This document shows, in pieces, positions 53,052 to 64,000 of a stretch of 64,000 nucleotides of DNA; position 1 is the stretch's first letter; each line of letters opens with the position of its first letter. A program made the position numbers and the translations under genes. The stretch lies in assembly GCA_973895155.1 (NCBI GenBank), contig OZ316894.1:11339892-11403891 (forward strand), given 5' to 3'. This stretch comes from Marsupella aquatica. Lineage: Eukaryota; Plantae; Marchantiophyta. Under the pieces are notes generated by a model. That model saw only the letters and a program-made list of their open reading frames with translations. It searched no databases and was not told where the DNA came from.

Positions 53052-54638
53052 GACTCCGTACTCACAGGCTGTCTGTCTTCCCGAGTGACGACACAAGCTG
53101 TCGTCTCACCAGCTAATCTGTGCTGTTTACACCCTAAAACTAATCTCACACCATAGAGGAAGTCAAAGGGCCGCAGACCAAATTTTATCCAATTCTAACT
53201 AGTTGAAGTGCATCTTCGGTAGAATGATGTACTGCTGTAAGTACGTTATAAAGCAACACTCGGATGCCATGCATATCCGGTTCTGAAGGCCAAAGTACAC
53301 AGAATTTGATCCTACTGTAGTGCACGTACAAAATCCAATTCGTTAATCGGTTACTCTAGGCCGGAATCCCACTTGGCCCAAGTTGACCAGGTTTACCATT
53401 CGCTGAATCCCGCAATAGTAGGAATGTCCTGGCTTCGTACAGAGAATGACGCTCAGACTTATTCCACGGTACGGGCAGGTCCCATATAATGTGAAAATTT
53501 TGCTCCCTTGCTTGTGTACAAACAAATCCCGTCCCGGCGATCACCCAATCAAATTCAGGAGGTATCAAGATTCACATTTTTGTCGAGTGAGAAGAACAAG
53601 CGTTACTCAGACTACGCGGAGTTCACTTGAAAATTTCTAGTTATTTTGAACTAGAGAACCAGTCATTGTCCTTGAGAAGGCAGACATTCAAGACAGTACA
53701 ACTCCCAAAGAAAGAAAACTTGAAGAGCCTACTGCATATCTCAATTTCAGCTCTGAGATCAAAAGCAATCTCGGTAGTTGTACCATGTTGCTTCTCAGTG
53801 GCATAAGTCACGCTGAAGGTCAGGGATAGAACAAAATTCATCACTGTACTTCCTACACCAACAGGAGAGGACGCTGCAGTTCCCAAATTCGGCTCTTAAG
53901 TGGAGAACGTGACCGAGGTTGCTTCTCTACTCCCGAGTAAAGCAACAACTTCAAGTGTCAGATCACAATGAAGTGCTGTATGTGTCAAATTTCATTGGGC
54001 TTGGTAAGCACACCACTTAAACTTTGGGTGTTTTGGAGAATCTGCTGGCTCTTCCTTTACTTCCAAATTGATGTCCTGGAGTTGGCAATTCCCAAAATGG
54101 CTCTGTGGGGCTGTGCACCTTGTTGTTCGAATATGTTTGCTGAAGTTGATGCTTCTCAGTGGTGCTAGAAGTAGGGATTGATCATTGGAAGCTACCACAG
54201 TGCTGCTGCGGCATTCATTTTCGAAGCCAGCTCAGGTATACCAACATTGTAGCCAAACGCATACAAGAGCATCCAATGGTGCTAGAGAAGTTCTACTGTG
54301 GAGGTATAGTCATGGGCAAAACCTGTCAAGCCTTTGGAACGATAAACATCCGCCCGTCAGTAGCTTTATGGAAAAGGATGTCTCAGAGGATACACAATCT
54401 ACAATTTCGAAGGTGTGTACAAACTCCTTTGTTGAACAGTTCGTCCGACATACGTGACCTAGCTAATTCGAACGTCAACTACAAGTACAGCAAGCTAAGC
54501 TGTTATGAAATCCCTATGGAGGAGATAGAGAAGGAGATCACGCATCATTCAGCAGTCGGTCTACCAAAACGTTCATGTGAATACTTAACTCGGACTCATT
54601 CTCCTTGCGGTTCCTGAAAAACTCCTTGTTAATCGATA

Positions 54639-56982
54639 CTAATCCCCCTGTGGTTTATCTTGAATCTGCAGACTGATAATATAGGCAACCAGGCCCACAT
54701 ATGGAACAAATCGAAGAACTTCTACAGTCTCCCTACTCTCTACCTTCAGGTTGTCAAGATTGTCACCGATGAGCCATGGTTGGAAGAAGGTATAAAGAGC
54801 AATATCCCAAAGAAAAGCATATGCAAGGCGTTCACTGCCTACATAGTTAAGAAAGTAATCCCATCGCTCTCCAAGAGCACCGAAACCACCCTCGGGTCGA
54901 CCAATGAAACCCCACACAACGGAAATCAAGCCGACTGCTGCACCAGCAATACCAATAGCGTATGCTCCCTTTGTCACTCCTCTGCTCAAACCTTCAAGTT
55001 TGATCCCCCGACGCCGTGGAGCTTTGCCCCTCTCTGCTGGCGAGCTATTTAGCCTGATAGCCATGTATGGTGCAAGAACAGCTGCAAAAAGAGAATGAAG
55101 GGTAGTAAGCCGACACCTGCTCGAGAAGGCCAAAGGAATACCTTGAAAACCAGGCCCGTGACCAAAGCTATGTGGTCACAGTAACTGAACCTTAAAACCA
55201 AATTACTCATGTAACAACAAAAATATGGCTCCAACCAAACTAAAACTGTATAAAGTATATAGGCATTATGGCTTCCATCCGACAATACATTCTGGGCCCA
55301 GTTTCGGGCCCCCATCACAATAAGGAGCTAAAGTTAGACAAAAACAATTAGGACAATTAGCAAATCTGCCTCCTTGCAAGACTGGGAAGTGACGTTCCCT
55401 ACTGTTTGTCAGGAACATTTGAATTATCCACAGGGTTTCCAAAGACCCTCCATATCTATCTCGCTTCCTGTCCGTAAACAGCAACGGTGCAAACAAAAGC
55501 GTCCAGCCGATTACAATGTTGAACAGAGCCTCTGCTGTCTGCAAACCAGTCCAAAACCGTTGGTGACATGTACTTGTGGTCATAGAGGTTGGACAGGCTC
55601 AAGCGGCTCTGTGCAGCAAATCACTCTGAGTAAGTGTCAAGATGTTAAGAGAGATTACTTACTGGATGCAGCACGGGAGCTGCCAAACCATGAAATCCTG
55701 CTGCTCTGTCCAATTCGACACCAGGAACGTTTTAAGCACTCTGGGGCATTACGAAGTTGTAGCATTTTGGGTGTTTGGCTACAACTGAAAAGACAATATT
55801 TTGTCCATCACTTCTAACAATAGCAGCAGTCCTGAGCAACCTGCCTGATAGCTTACACTCCTACATGTGATCATCAACATACTTGACAAAAACATGCAGG
55901 CAATGCACCCGTTGAAATTAGCTTAATTCTTCTACAATGAATCACTCATGCCGAATTGAACTGTCGCAGATTTGGTTAGTACCAAGGTGATTAATCTGTC
56001 AGCTCCGGTGCATTTAACCATAGGTATCCCCGAAGGAAGACTCCAAAGGATGTAAAGCAAGTTGTCATATAAAAAGGAAAGCAATTCCGAGACGAAAATG
56101 CCTCGAATTGTCCTAACATCATTTTCGTTACGCGTAGTGCAAGACAAAAACTATCATGGAAAGGGAGCAACAGTGACGCACCAGCATTAGTCAAGCTGCT
56201 TGCTAGCGGAAGCACGAAAAAAAAATTGAGCGATAGATCGATGAGCATTTGGATTGTTGATGGGCTGATGGCCCAGACTGGATCACCCTACATAGAGTAG
56301 TAGCCTCATTAGACGGCCATCTGATATTCTTTCGCTCCTCTCAGTAACCCAGTTATGTGTGTCTGCATAGGGAGTAGTACGGTCTAGCGATTCATCCTGA
56401 CAAACCATACATCCCAACGGAGCACAGGTACAACAACTCTCCTCTGGTGATTCGGTAAGAGATTCTCACAGGAGCGTATGGCAGAATAAAGAGCCATATG
56501 ACGTAGACGACAGCCACCACCCAGCATCCAATTTGCCCTACTCCTCTTGCCAACGGTCCACCCTTCTCATCAAGTCCAATGCCAGCTTCTGGACCTTTAT
56601 CAGCATCCTGCTCAGAGTCCAGTTTAACTTTGCAAATAAAAGGAGATACTATCCTGTCGTTACCCCGCCCTTGCCTCGGCCCCAGACATGCTTTTGATGC
56701 ACTTGCAACCCTAAACCTACTATAGATCTCGCCCAAGTGTGGATTTCCAAATCCTTCTCTTCTCGCCGATAGTTTCGGACTCTGCCTCAAGAGGGTGTTT
56801 GTAGGAACATTGTTTTGAAGATAAGGAAGATGTCTGCCCCGAGGTATTCCGCAATGGCAACCGGGCCACCCGGATATGTTTGAAATAATTGAGCGATTGA
56901 CATTCCCGGGGAGGTAGAATGGCGATATAGACCACGGTGCCTTTGAAGGAGAAGAACCGCTCAAGTGGCACCTTAGCTCCAT
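54639..56982 (-). CDS. Conserved uncharacterised multi-pass membrane protein, probably plastid-targeted (5 exons)
   Basis: Exons 56982-56470, 56287-56182, ~55702-55665, ~55538-55403, ~55081-54639 give LPYAP|GDPVWAI..LSLNFFFVLP..|APVLHP|TAEALFN..GW..LFAPLLFTD..MFLTN|..LAPYMAIR..SERLAYAF.WDI. The N-terminus is Ser/Arg-rich and transit-like. Confidence 0.85.
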
Positions 56983-58535
56983 CAATTACCTTCAGTTGCG
57001 TGAACTGATGCTAAATTACGAAAATGTATAGCACTGAGGACGAGCTGCCGGTAAGCAGGGGCCTCCCTGCTATGCAAAATCTCTCTTCAATCTCGGCCCA
57101 TCGACATATGGGTCCTAGATTCAGCCACGCCTCCCCTCCCCGCCTTTCTCACAGAATGCTGCTTCGCTTAAATGGTAAGTGAAGATGTTCTCTTGATGAA
57201 TTCCAACGACGGTGGCCCCGCGGTTCGCAGTCACGGACAGACAGTTCAACCGAGCAGTAAAAGATCTCAATTCCACCTCGACGACAGAATCCACGGACTC
57301 TTCGTGGCCATTGGCATCCCACAAATTGTCACTAGCAGATTCATTCTGCTAAAGACGAACTTGGTTGTCGGATGGAAAACACAATGGTTCAGCTGGGCAA
57401 GCAACTACCAGTGCACTAGGAGCCCCACCAAACTCTAATTGTGGGCTGCCTGAAATTGTCACTACTAGGGCGTGAATTCGTTCCTACTTGTCTCCCATTC
57501 TACGGCTAATGTGGCTGATTTGTTGGCAAACTTGTCGGTAACCTCCAGCTCTGCTACTGTGGCTGTTACACATTATCTGGTTCAAATATTAGAAGGGCTT
57601 ATTAGTATAATTAACCCTTCCGGAGCTTTGCATTCACGGATAAATCAACACCTGGCTTATCCAGAGTTCGTGGTCCAGCTCAATTGCAAAACTAGCGGAG
57701 TTGTAATACTAAGAAATGGGGCACTGGGGTTTCACATTATAAACCTCAATTCGGCATGAGTATCATTTGTGAAGGGCAACGTGTAACCCTTGTTTCTACT
57801 GTTGATGGATGATCTAAGGCAGGAATTACTGACTTGGGTTGTCGCTTGAAAATGAATGGATACTTCACCGCGATGGCATATTCTTAAATATAGACGAACT
57901 TTCTGTCCACGCAAAAATGCTCATCTCTGGCTTTCAAGAATAGGTCAATTCTAAGGAATTGATCGTAAAGTGTTGGGTATTGCCTGCTGTCTTTGAACTA
58001 CTAGATTGCTGTCGGCATATTCTTCGAAGCTGTCCCTCAATCATTTTCTCCTTCGGGACATCCATACGTACCTTTCGTGATCCGCGTTCATAGCAGTTTG
58101 ATTCCTAGACAGGTCCACTTGGTGATGCGGGAGGTCAACTAAGTGCTACCATTGAATATTGTGCAAATCAAAACCTCCTACACATCCAGCTTCGCTGAAA
58201 TTGGTCTCCGGATTTCAGGATTAAAATCTTTCGTTCGTTTCTTGATAAGCCTATTCAACTCAATTCTTGATGATTAGTTTTGCAGAACCCTTGTGGCAGC
58301 CATCTCTTGACCACAACTTAAAATAAAGGAGAAATACGCAATCGCGATAGTGCCCACCCCTATAGGGAATAAATGAATGACTAGATTTCTAAATGTCCAC
58401 AGATCCTCAATCGGGGAAGTGGAGAGAGAACGAAGGAATATTCATTTCTATACAAGCTTGACAGGATGAGGACTAAAAGAGCGACAGTACACAAGCAACC
58501 TGAACTGCTGCTACTGAGTGGCTCAAACACGATCA

Positions 58536-60262
58536 CTATGATGTTCTTGCAAGGGGTAGTGATATCTTGAGCGCTGCAAGAAGGCTTTGCATGATCAGTG
58601 GTTCCCCGGGAGGCACAGAACCCTTCATCTGTCCATTCCGAATAGCTCTAAACATGGCCTTGGGTTGGTCGTCCGATTTGGGAGTAACTATGACATCGAT
58701 GTGGACGAGATCCTCCACCTTCCCCTCGATGACCCTTATGTATCCAAGTCGAACTCCACCTTCAATTCTATCCACCTTCAGATCACAAAACACAAGAATC
58801 TCAGCAATATATATACATGCGAGAAGAAATCGTATCCTCCTTTATTACTCGTTTAGGCAACCATAAAAAAATCTATGCCTCCAGGAGATGTATACGTCAA
58901 GAGAATAATCCCTCCACAGATAGAGCGAGTAATTCCTGGGAGGAAAAGACCGTTACAGAAATAAAGTTTTGCCATAGCAATACGAACAAAGAAAATGACT
59001 TAGTGGAATGTGAAGTCCTAGAGCAGTAAAGCATGCCCATGCAAACCAAAATGTAGGACAAGAAAAAAGAAGTAAAGGCCTTCTGCTGATTACCGGCAGA
59101 ATATCCAAGACAAGGAAGCGAGCAGAAGGATCCTCATCAAGTCAGAGAGAGGAAAGCAGAGAATTAAAATGAATTCAACTCAAATGAACCTGAAAAAAAA
59201 GAGAATTGAGATGGAGGAGAGACAATTTCAGGAAGTACCTTTAAAGGAACTGGAAGAGGCAAATTTGCATTTTGAGTAAGATTGGTTCCCCACTGTACAT
59301 ACGAGAGCAATGTCACATCCGTCCCCATTACTGGATCATTAAAACGCCTAATCAAGTCTTTTGTGCACAACGCTAGCGATTCTATTGAAATGTAGATGAT
59401 TGAGAATATTCGTGTCACACCTCACAGGCCTTAGAAATTTACAAATTTACTCTCAAACTCCCCTAAAGACTGACAAAGACAAGCAGGCACGCGGTAATTT
59501 CACTGGCCCATAAATTTCAAAACCAGATAAATAAATAGATTACAGTCCACTTTCCATACTGCAATTCCTCTACCTCGCCCCCAACATCCTCTCCTGCTGT
59601 AAGAGAAGTATGAGATAGTGTCACCAGCTAGAAAGACAGTTCTTTATGGCATCTTCTAAAATTTAAATGTCATCCTTGAAACTAACGAAAATTGACAGCA
59701 TAACCAACAGAATTATGCATTTAACTCCGTCAACTCCGAAAAACATGAGAAACCACAATGGAACTATTTCAAACAAAATGCAGGTCAAATTCAAAGGCAG
59801 AGAATTGAAAACAAGGCACCAATCAAAACAATTGCTGCTAATTCGATCATCGGACTACTTGCAGTCACTTCACAGAGATTTAAATGCTCGCAAACCTACC
59901 TGATACAGAAGAGTTTGCAGCTTCTTCAAATCCACATCCTGCGGCAACTGAGCTGTCCCCAGAGTGATGGGGGGACCCCATTTTTCCTCGGTGAGAGCTG
60001 TTTCTTTCAACCCTGCGTTGACTCTCCATAGCTGCTGCTGGAGGGACCTTCCTGAGTGCCAAGCGACGATCCTCGTCTTGCTGGATTGTCGCAGTACAAC
60101 ATCTGCAAAACCCCGTCCATCTCGATCGACAAACCCGCCTCCAGAAGATCTAGGAGAAACGCATTGACCTGCTACTGATTGTTGGGAAGTGCCCAACGCG
60201 TAATTTGTACATGAGACTGTAGAAATAGAAGTGGAAATGCAACTTATTGAGATGGACGCCAT
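58536..60262 (-). CDS. Conserved uncharacterised plastid-targeted protein (3 exons)
   Basis: Exons 60262-59900, 59292-59239, 58775-58536 are in frame: MASISIS..LGTAQLPQDVDL..LLYQ|WGTNLTQNANLPLPVPLK|VDRIEGGVRLG..FRAIRNG..PPGEP.IM.SLL*. Confidence 0.88.
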
Positions 60263-61343
60263 AGCCGTTGTTCCCTGTTTTATTTTCAATTGTCTTCTGT
60301 GGTGAATGCTGTCTGGTTTTCACGGAGGATTGGTTTCTCCAGCTGTGCCACATGGCTGTTGGTGGACGAGGGGAGTAGTGGGTATGTTTTGTTTTGCTTT
60401 TGGGTTAGCCACAAGTGCATAGGGTAGTGTGTGCGATAATGCCCCCAAAACGAGGGCTCTAGCTTAGTTTCGAGGGGATATTATTGTCCATAATGCTATT
60501 GACATAGGAATTTTTCTATTTTGAGTAGAAGTAGAGGAGAAGTTCCATATTGTGTAGATCCAAAATCTGACTTACTGAAAACTGCAATGAGAGAAATCAT
60601 GGAAGGCACAAAGAAGTGAAGAAGTGTCACCTAGATCTGATGCACACAGACAAAATGTTTAAACTTCCTAGTACATAACATTTTGAATTTTGATTCCAAA
60701 GATGACACATGAAGATGCATTTGATATGTAATAAAAGGTTTCTAGTGCTATCCTTTGATATTTGTCTATGGAGGAGTCTCTGTTCTCATTCATCGTAAGG
60801 AATTAGGTTCTCTGGTTACCATGGTTGGCATATGTATAATGTCAAGCAAAGACACAACTTAAAACAGCATGCCCATGACCATCCATCAAATAAGTGGTTA
60901 ACACAAAGAGCTATGTGGTTCATCTTCAATAAGACTATGTACTCGGAAACACATGAGTTTTATTACACTCTAGGCCCATCGGCCATACCAAGTCTCCGCA
61001 ACACACTCTCTCCTTATCTCTGAAGTGGCTCCACAACAATGAGACTGAGTTCCTCCACACAAGCAAACACTTGCTTGTGTATATAGAAGCAGCACGTACA
61101 ACCTACCCAAGTGCATGATTACGGTTGGGCTTGGTGAGGGCGCTGGGTGGCTATCCACTACTAAAGCACACCAAAGTTGCCTAGGATTGGTATTTTCACT
61201 TTTTATAGTCCTATCCAACATTTAGTGCTTTACTCTCATATGGACACACAAACTCTTTCATGATACTGTTAATTTTGGGTCAAGTGAAGGCTAACTGCAA
61301 GTCTTCTCGTACCCATCTTTTATTTATGAGAATAATTCAGGGA

Positions 61344-61408
61344 AAACTAAACTAAACTAAACTAAACTAAACTAAACTAAACTAAACTAAACTAAACTAA
61401 ACTAAACT
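61344..61408. repeat. (AAACT)13 microsatellite
   Basis: Perfect pentanucleotide run. Confidence 0.95.
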
Positions 61409-62116
61409 GGACTTGCTCTATCCCTAACTCAAAATCCCCTAAAGCTCAATCCAATCTAATTATCAAGTTTTTTGGTGTTACCTTGGTTCTGAAGACTAGT
61501 TAGGTTATTAGGTCTCATAGGAATTTTTGGTGTAGATTTTTGTTTCAATCTGCCTGAGACAAAATGTATCTTTTGTCTTATTCAATTTTTTGAAATTGTT
61601 TTTTCCCCCTCTATTGAGCCTGGATAGACCAAGGGTCTGTTCTTCCTATCCCCATGCATGGACTGTGTAAAGTCATCAGTCAATTTACACGGGAAAAAGT
61701 GACCAACTTCTTTTGGAAGGACTCTTCACTTTTGCTAAGGATACCTCAAGTAGTTTTCCCAAACACCCCAACCAATTGTAAACAGTTAGTTTTTGGCAAC
61801 CTTGTGCATTTATTTTGAACTGGGATTTACTAGATTGCCTATCCACACAAATAGGATGTTTAGATCTGTCATTCTTTTTGTCCAGCATAGATTTTTAATT
61901 TAAATAGAGAGGTAGTTCAGTTTACTACAAAAGTTGTCATAGGTCCCTGAAATTTGCAAGTACACTTGTCCCATGCAGCTGGCAATTGTTGAAGGTGGAA
62001 CAAGGAAATTGTGGGTGCTAAACTGATATAGCAAAGGGTACAGAAATTAATTTGCAGTAGAGAATGGATCATATTCTGTCCGGAGGCAGCCACTAATTAT
62101 TGAGCAGCGGTGTTGC

Positions 62117-63785
62117 CTGAGGGTGTAGTAAAGACAAGCCAATTCTCTCCACGGGTGAGATCAGTTGTATGGCCTAAAGGTGTAGCAAACTGGAGCCAAT
62201 TCTTTTCACAGGAGAGGTCAGCAGTGTGACCCAAGGGTGTAGCAAATCGGAGCCAATTCTTTTCACAGGAGAGGTCAGCGGTGTGACCCGAGAGTTTAGC
62301 AAATGGGAGCCAATTCTTCTCACGGGAGAGGTCAGCAATGTGACCTGAGAGTGTAGCAAATGGGAGCCAATTCTTCTCACAGGAGAGGTCAGCGGGGTGA
62401 CCCGAGAGTGTAGCAAATGGGAGCCAATTCTTTTCTTTTCACGGGAGAGGTCAGCAGTGTGACCCGAGAGTGTAGCAAATGGGAGCCAATTCTTTTCTTT
62501 TCACGGTAGAGGTCAGCGGTGTGACCCAAGGGTGTAGCAAATTGGAGCCAATTCTTTTCACACGAGAGGTCAACCGTGTGACCCGAGAGTGTAGCAAATC
62601 AGAGCCAATTATTTTCACAGGAGAGGTCAGTGGTGTGACCCGAGAGTGTAGCAAGTGAGAGCCAATTCTTCTCACAGGAGAGGTCAGCGATGTGACCCGA
62701 GGGTGTAGCAAATGGGAGCCAATTCTTTTCATTTCACGGGAGAGGTCAGCGGTGTGACCCAAGGGTGTAGCAAATCGTAGCCAATTCTTTTCACACAAGA
62801 GGTCAGCGGTGTGACCCGAGAGTGTAGCAAATGGGAGCCAATTCTTTTCTTTTCATGGGAGAGGTCAGCAGTGTGACCCAAGGGTGTAGCAAATCGGAAC
62901 CAATTCTTTTCACACGAGACGTCAGCCGTGTGACCCGACAGTGAAATGGGAGCCAATTCTTTTCTTTTCACAGGAGAGGTCAGCGGTGTGACCCAAGAGT
63001 GTAGCAAATGGGAGCCAATTCTTCTTACAGGAGATTGAGGTCAACGGTGTAACCAGGGTGTAGCAAACGGGAGCCAATTATTTTCTTTTCACGAGAGAGG
63101 TCAGCGGGGTGACCCAAGCCTGTAGCAAATGGGAGCCAATTCTTTTGTCACACCATTCTAGGTAGTATTGTAGTATATCATACTATCTAGATTCGTACGT
63201 GTGCTATATGAGCCAATAAGGTTCTATTAGGTTTGTGTGGGAGAGTAGTTCTCCTTGTGAGGCATTGGAAAGTTATCTTTTGATATTGAGCCTTGGAGAG
63301 GGGAGCTCGTGTTGTGGCTATGGTGGCTGAGAGCTCCTTCTGTGTAATATAGATTCCTTGAGTGCAAGGTGCGTTGGCTTGACATATGTGTGCAATCGGA
63401 TGAGACAGGATTGAGTGCGTATTGTTGACATCGATCGCTGGTTGGATTGTATTGAGATTATTGTGAATTTTGGACATGTGTGGACATGAGTTCCACTTGT
63501 TCTCCATTCTCTTATGTATGTGTGATGTATTGTGCTTAGTTGTGGATGCATGTGACAAACAATGTATGTTATGTAGTGATGTGTATGCACATGACACTTT
63601 TCATAGAAGAGGTCAGCGGTGTGACCCGAGGGTGTAGCAAATGGGAGCCAATTCTTTTCACAGGAGAGGTTAGTGGTGTGACCCGAGGGTGTAACAAACA
63701 TGAGCCAATTCTTTTCACAGGAGAGGTCCAAGGTGTGACTGCGGGAATAGCAAACTTAAGCCAATTCTTTTCACAGGAAAGATCA
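62117..63785. repeat. 57/62-bp tandem satellite, ~21 copies, interrupted at 63146-63596
   Basis: Unit GGAGAGGTCAGCGGTGTGACCCGAGAGTGTAGCAAATGGGAGCCAATTCTTTT(CTTTT)CACA. Confidence 0.95.
63146..63596. mobile_element. Solo LTR (451 bp) inserted in the satellite
   Basis: TGTCA...TGACA termini; CTTT duplicated on both sides; the satellite resumes in register after it. Confidence 0.75.
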
Positions 63786-64000
63786 TGAGTTGCAAGTAAA
63801 GTAAAAGGAGATTGAGAGAAGCCCAGTGAGGGAATAGGGTCTTAACGAGTGGAGAGCTCGGATAGGATAGGGCCACACACATGGCAGCCTTACAGCAAGC
63901 CTAATCGGCAACCTGGGCCATGGCGAATGGGACTGCCAGTTGTTTCTTTGGGCACGACCAGCACGAATCGAAGCACGAATTGGTACTGTCAGGCCTGAAT

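Noticed and set aside
54159-55098. Plus-strand ORFs of 64-152 aa
   Set aside because: Antisense to the last exon and 3' region of the membrane-protein gene, with no domain evidence.
62117-63785. CRISPR-like array or repetitive ORFs (62174-63007)
   Set aside because: Contiguous repeats without unique spacers, eukaryotic context and no cas genes; the ORFs are translations of the satellite.

Overview
Eukaryotic land-plant genomic DNA (spliceosomal GT-AG introns, plant-specific genes; a non-angiosperm lineage is a guess). The first ~35 kb is transposon-rich. (i) A Mutator-like element at <1 to >8.1 kb has an apparently intact spliced DDE/SWIM transposase, a convergent accessory gene, a long inverted repeat that includes the transposase start, and about 25 oriented copies of a CAGAACA(GT) motif. 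(ii) A complete 10.25-kb CACTA element (23454-33707, TSD TAT) appears nested in an older TIR element. It carries a decayed TnpD transposase, a divergently transcribed TnpA/PTTA-like gene and, unexpectedly, a SET-domain (lysine methyltransferase-like) exon. That exon can share its first exon with the transposase through alternative splicing. The remainder holds an intronless HECATE-like bHLH gene, a Helitron 3' end, two conserved plastid-type genes on the minus strand, several minisatellites and a 57/62-bp satellite interrupted by a solo LTR. The best candidates for an undescribed system are the two transposon-borne chromatin or anti-silencing modules. All family assignments come from motif recognition by eye; no database search was run.
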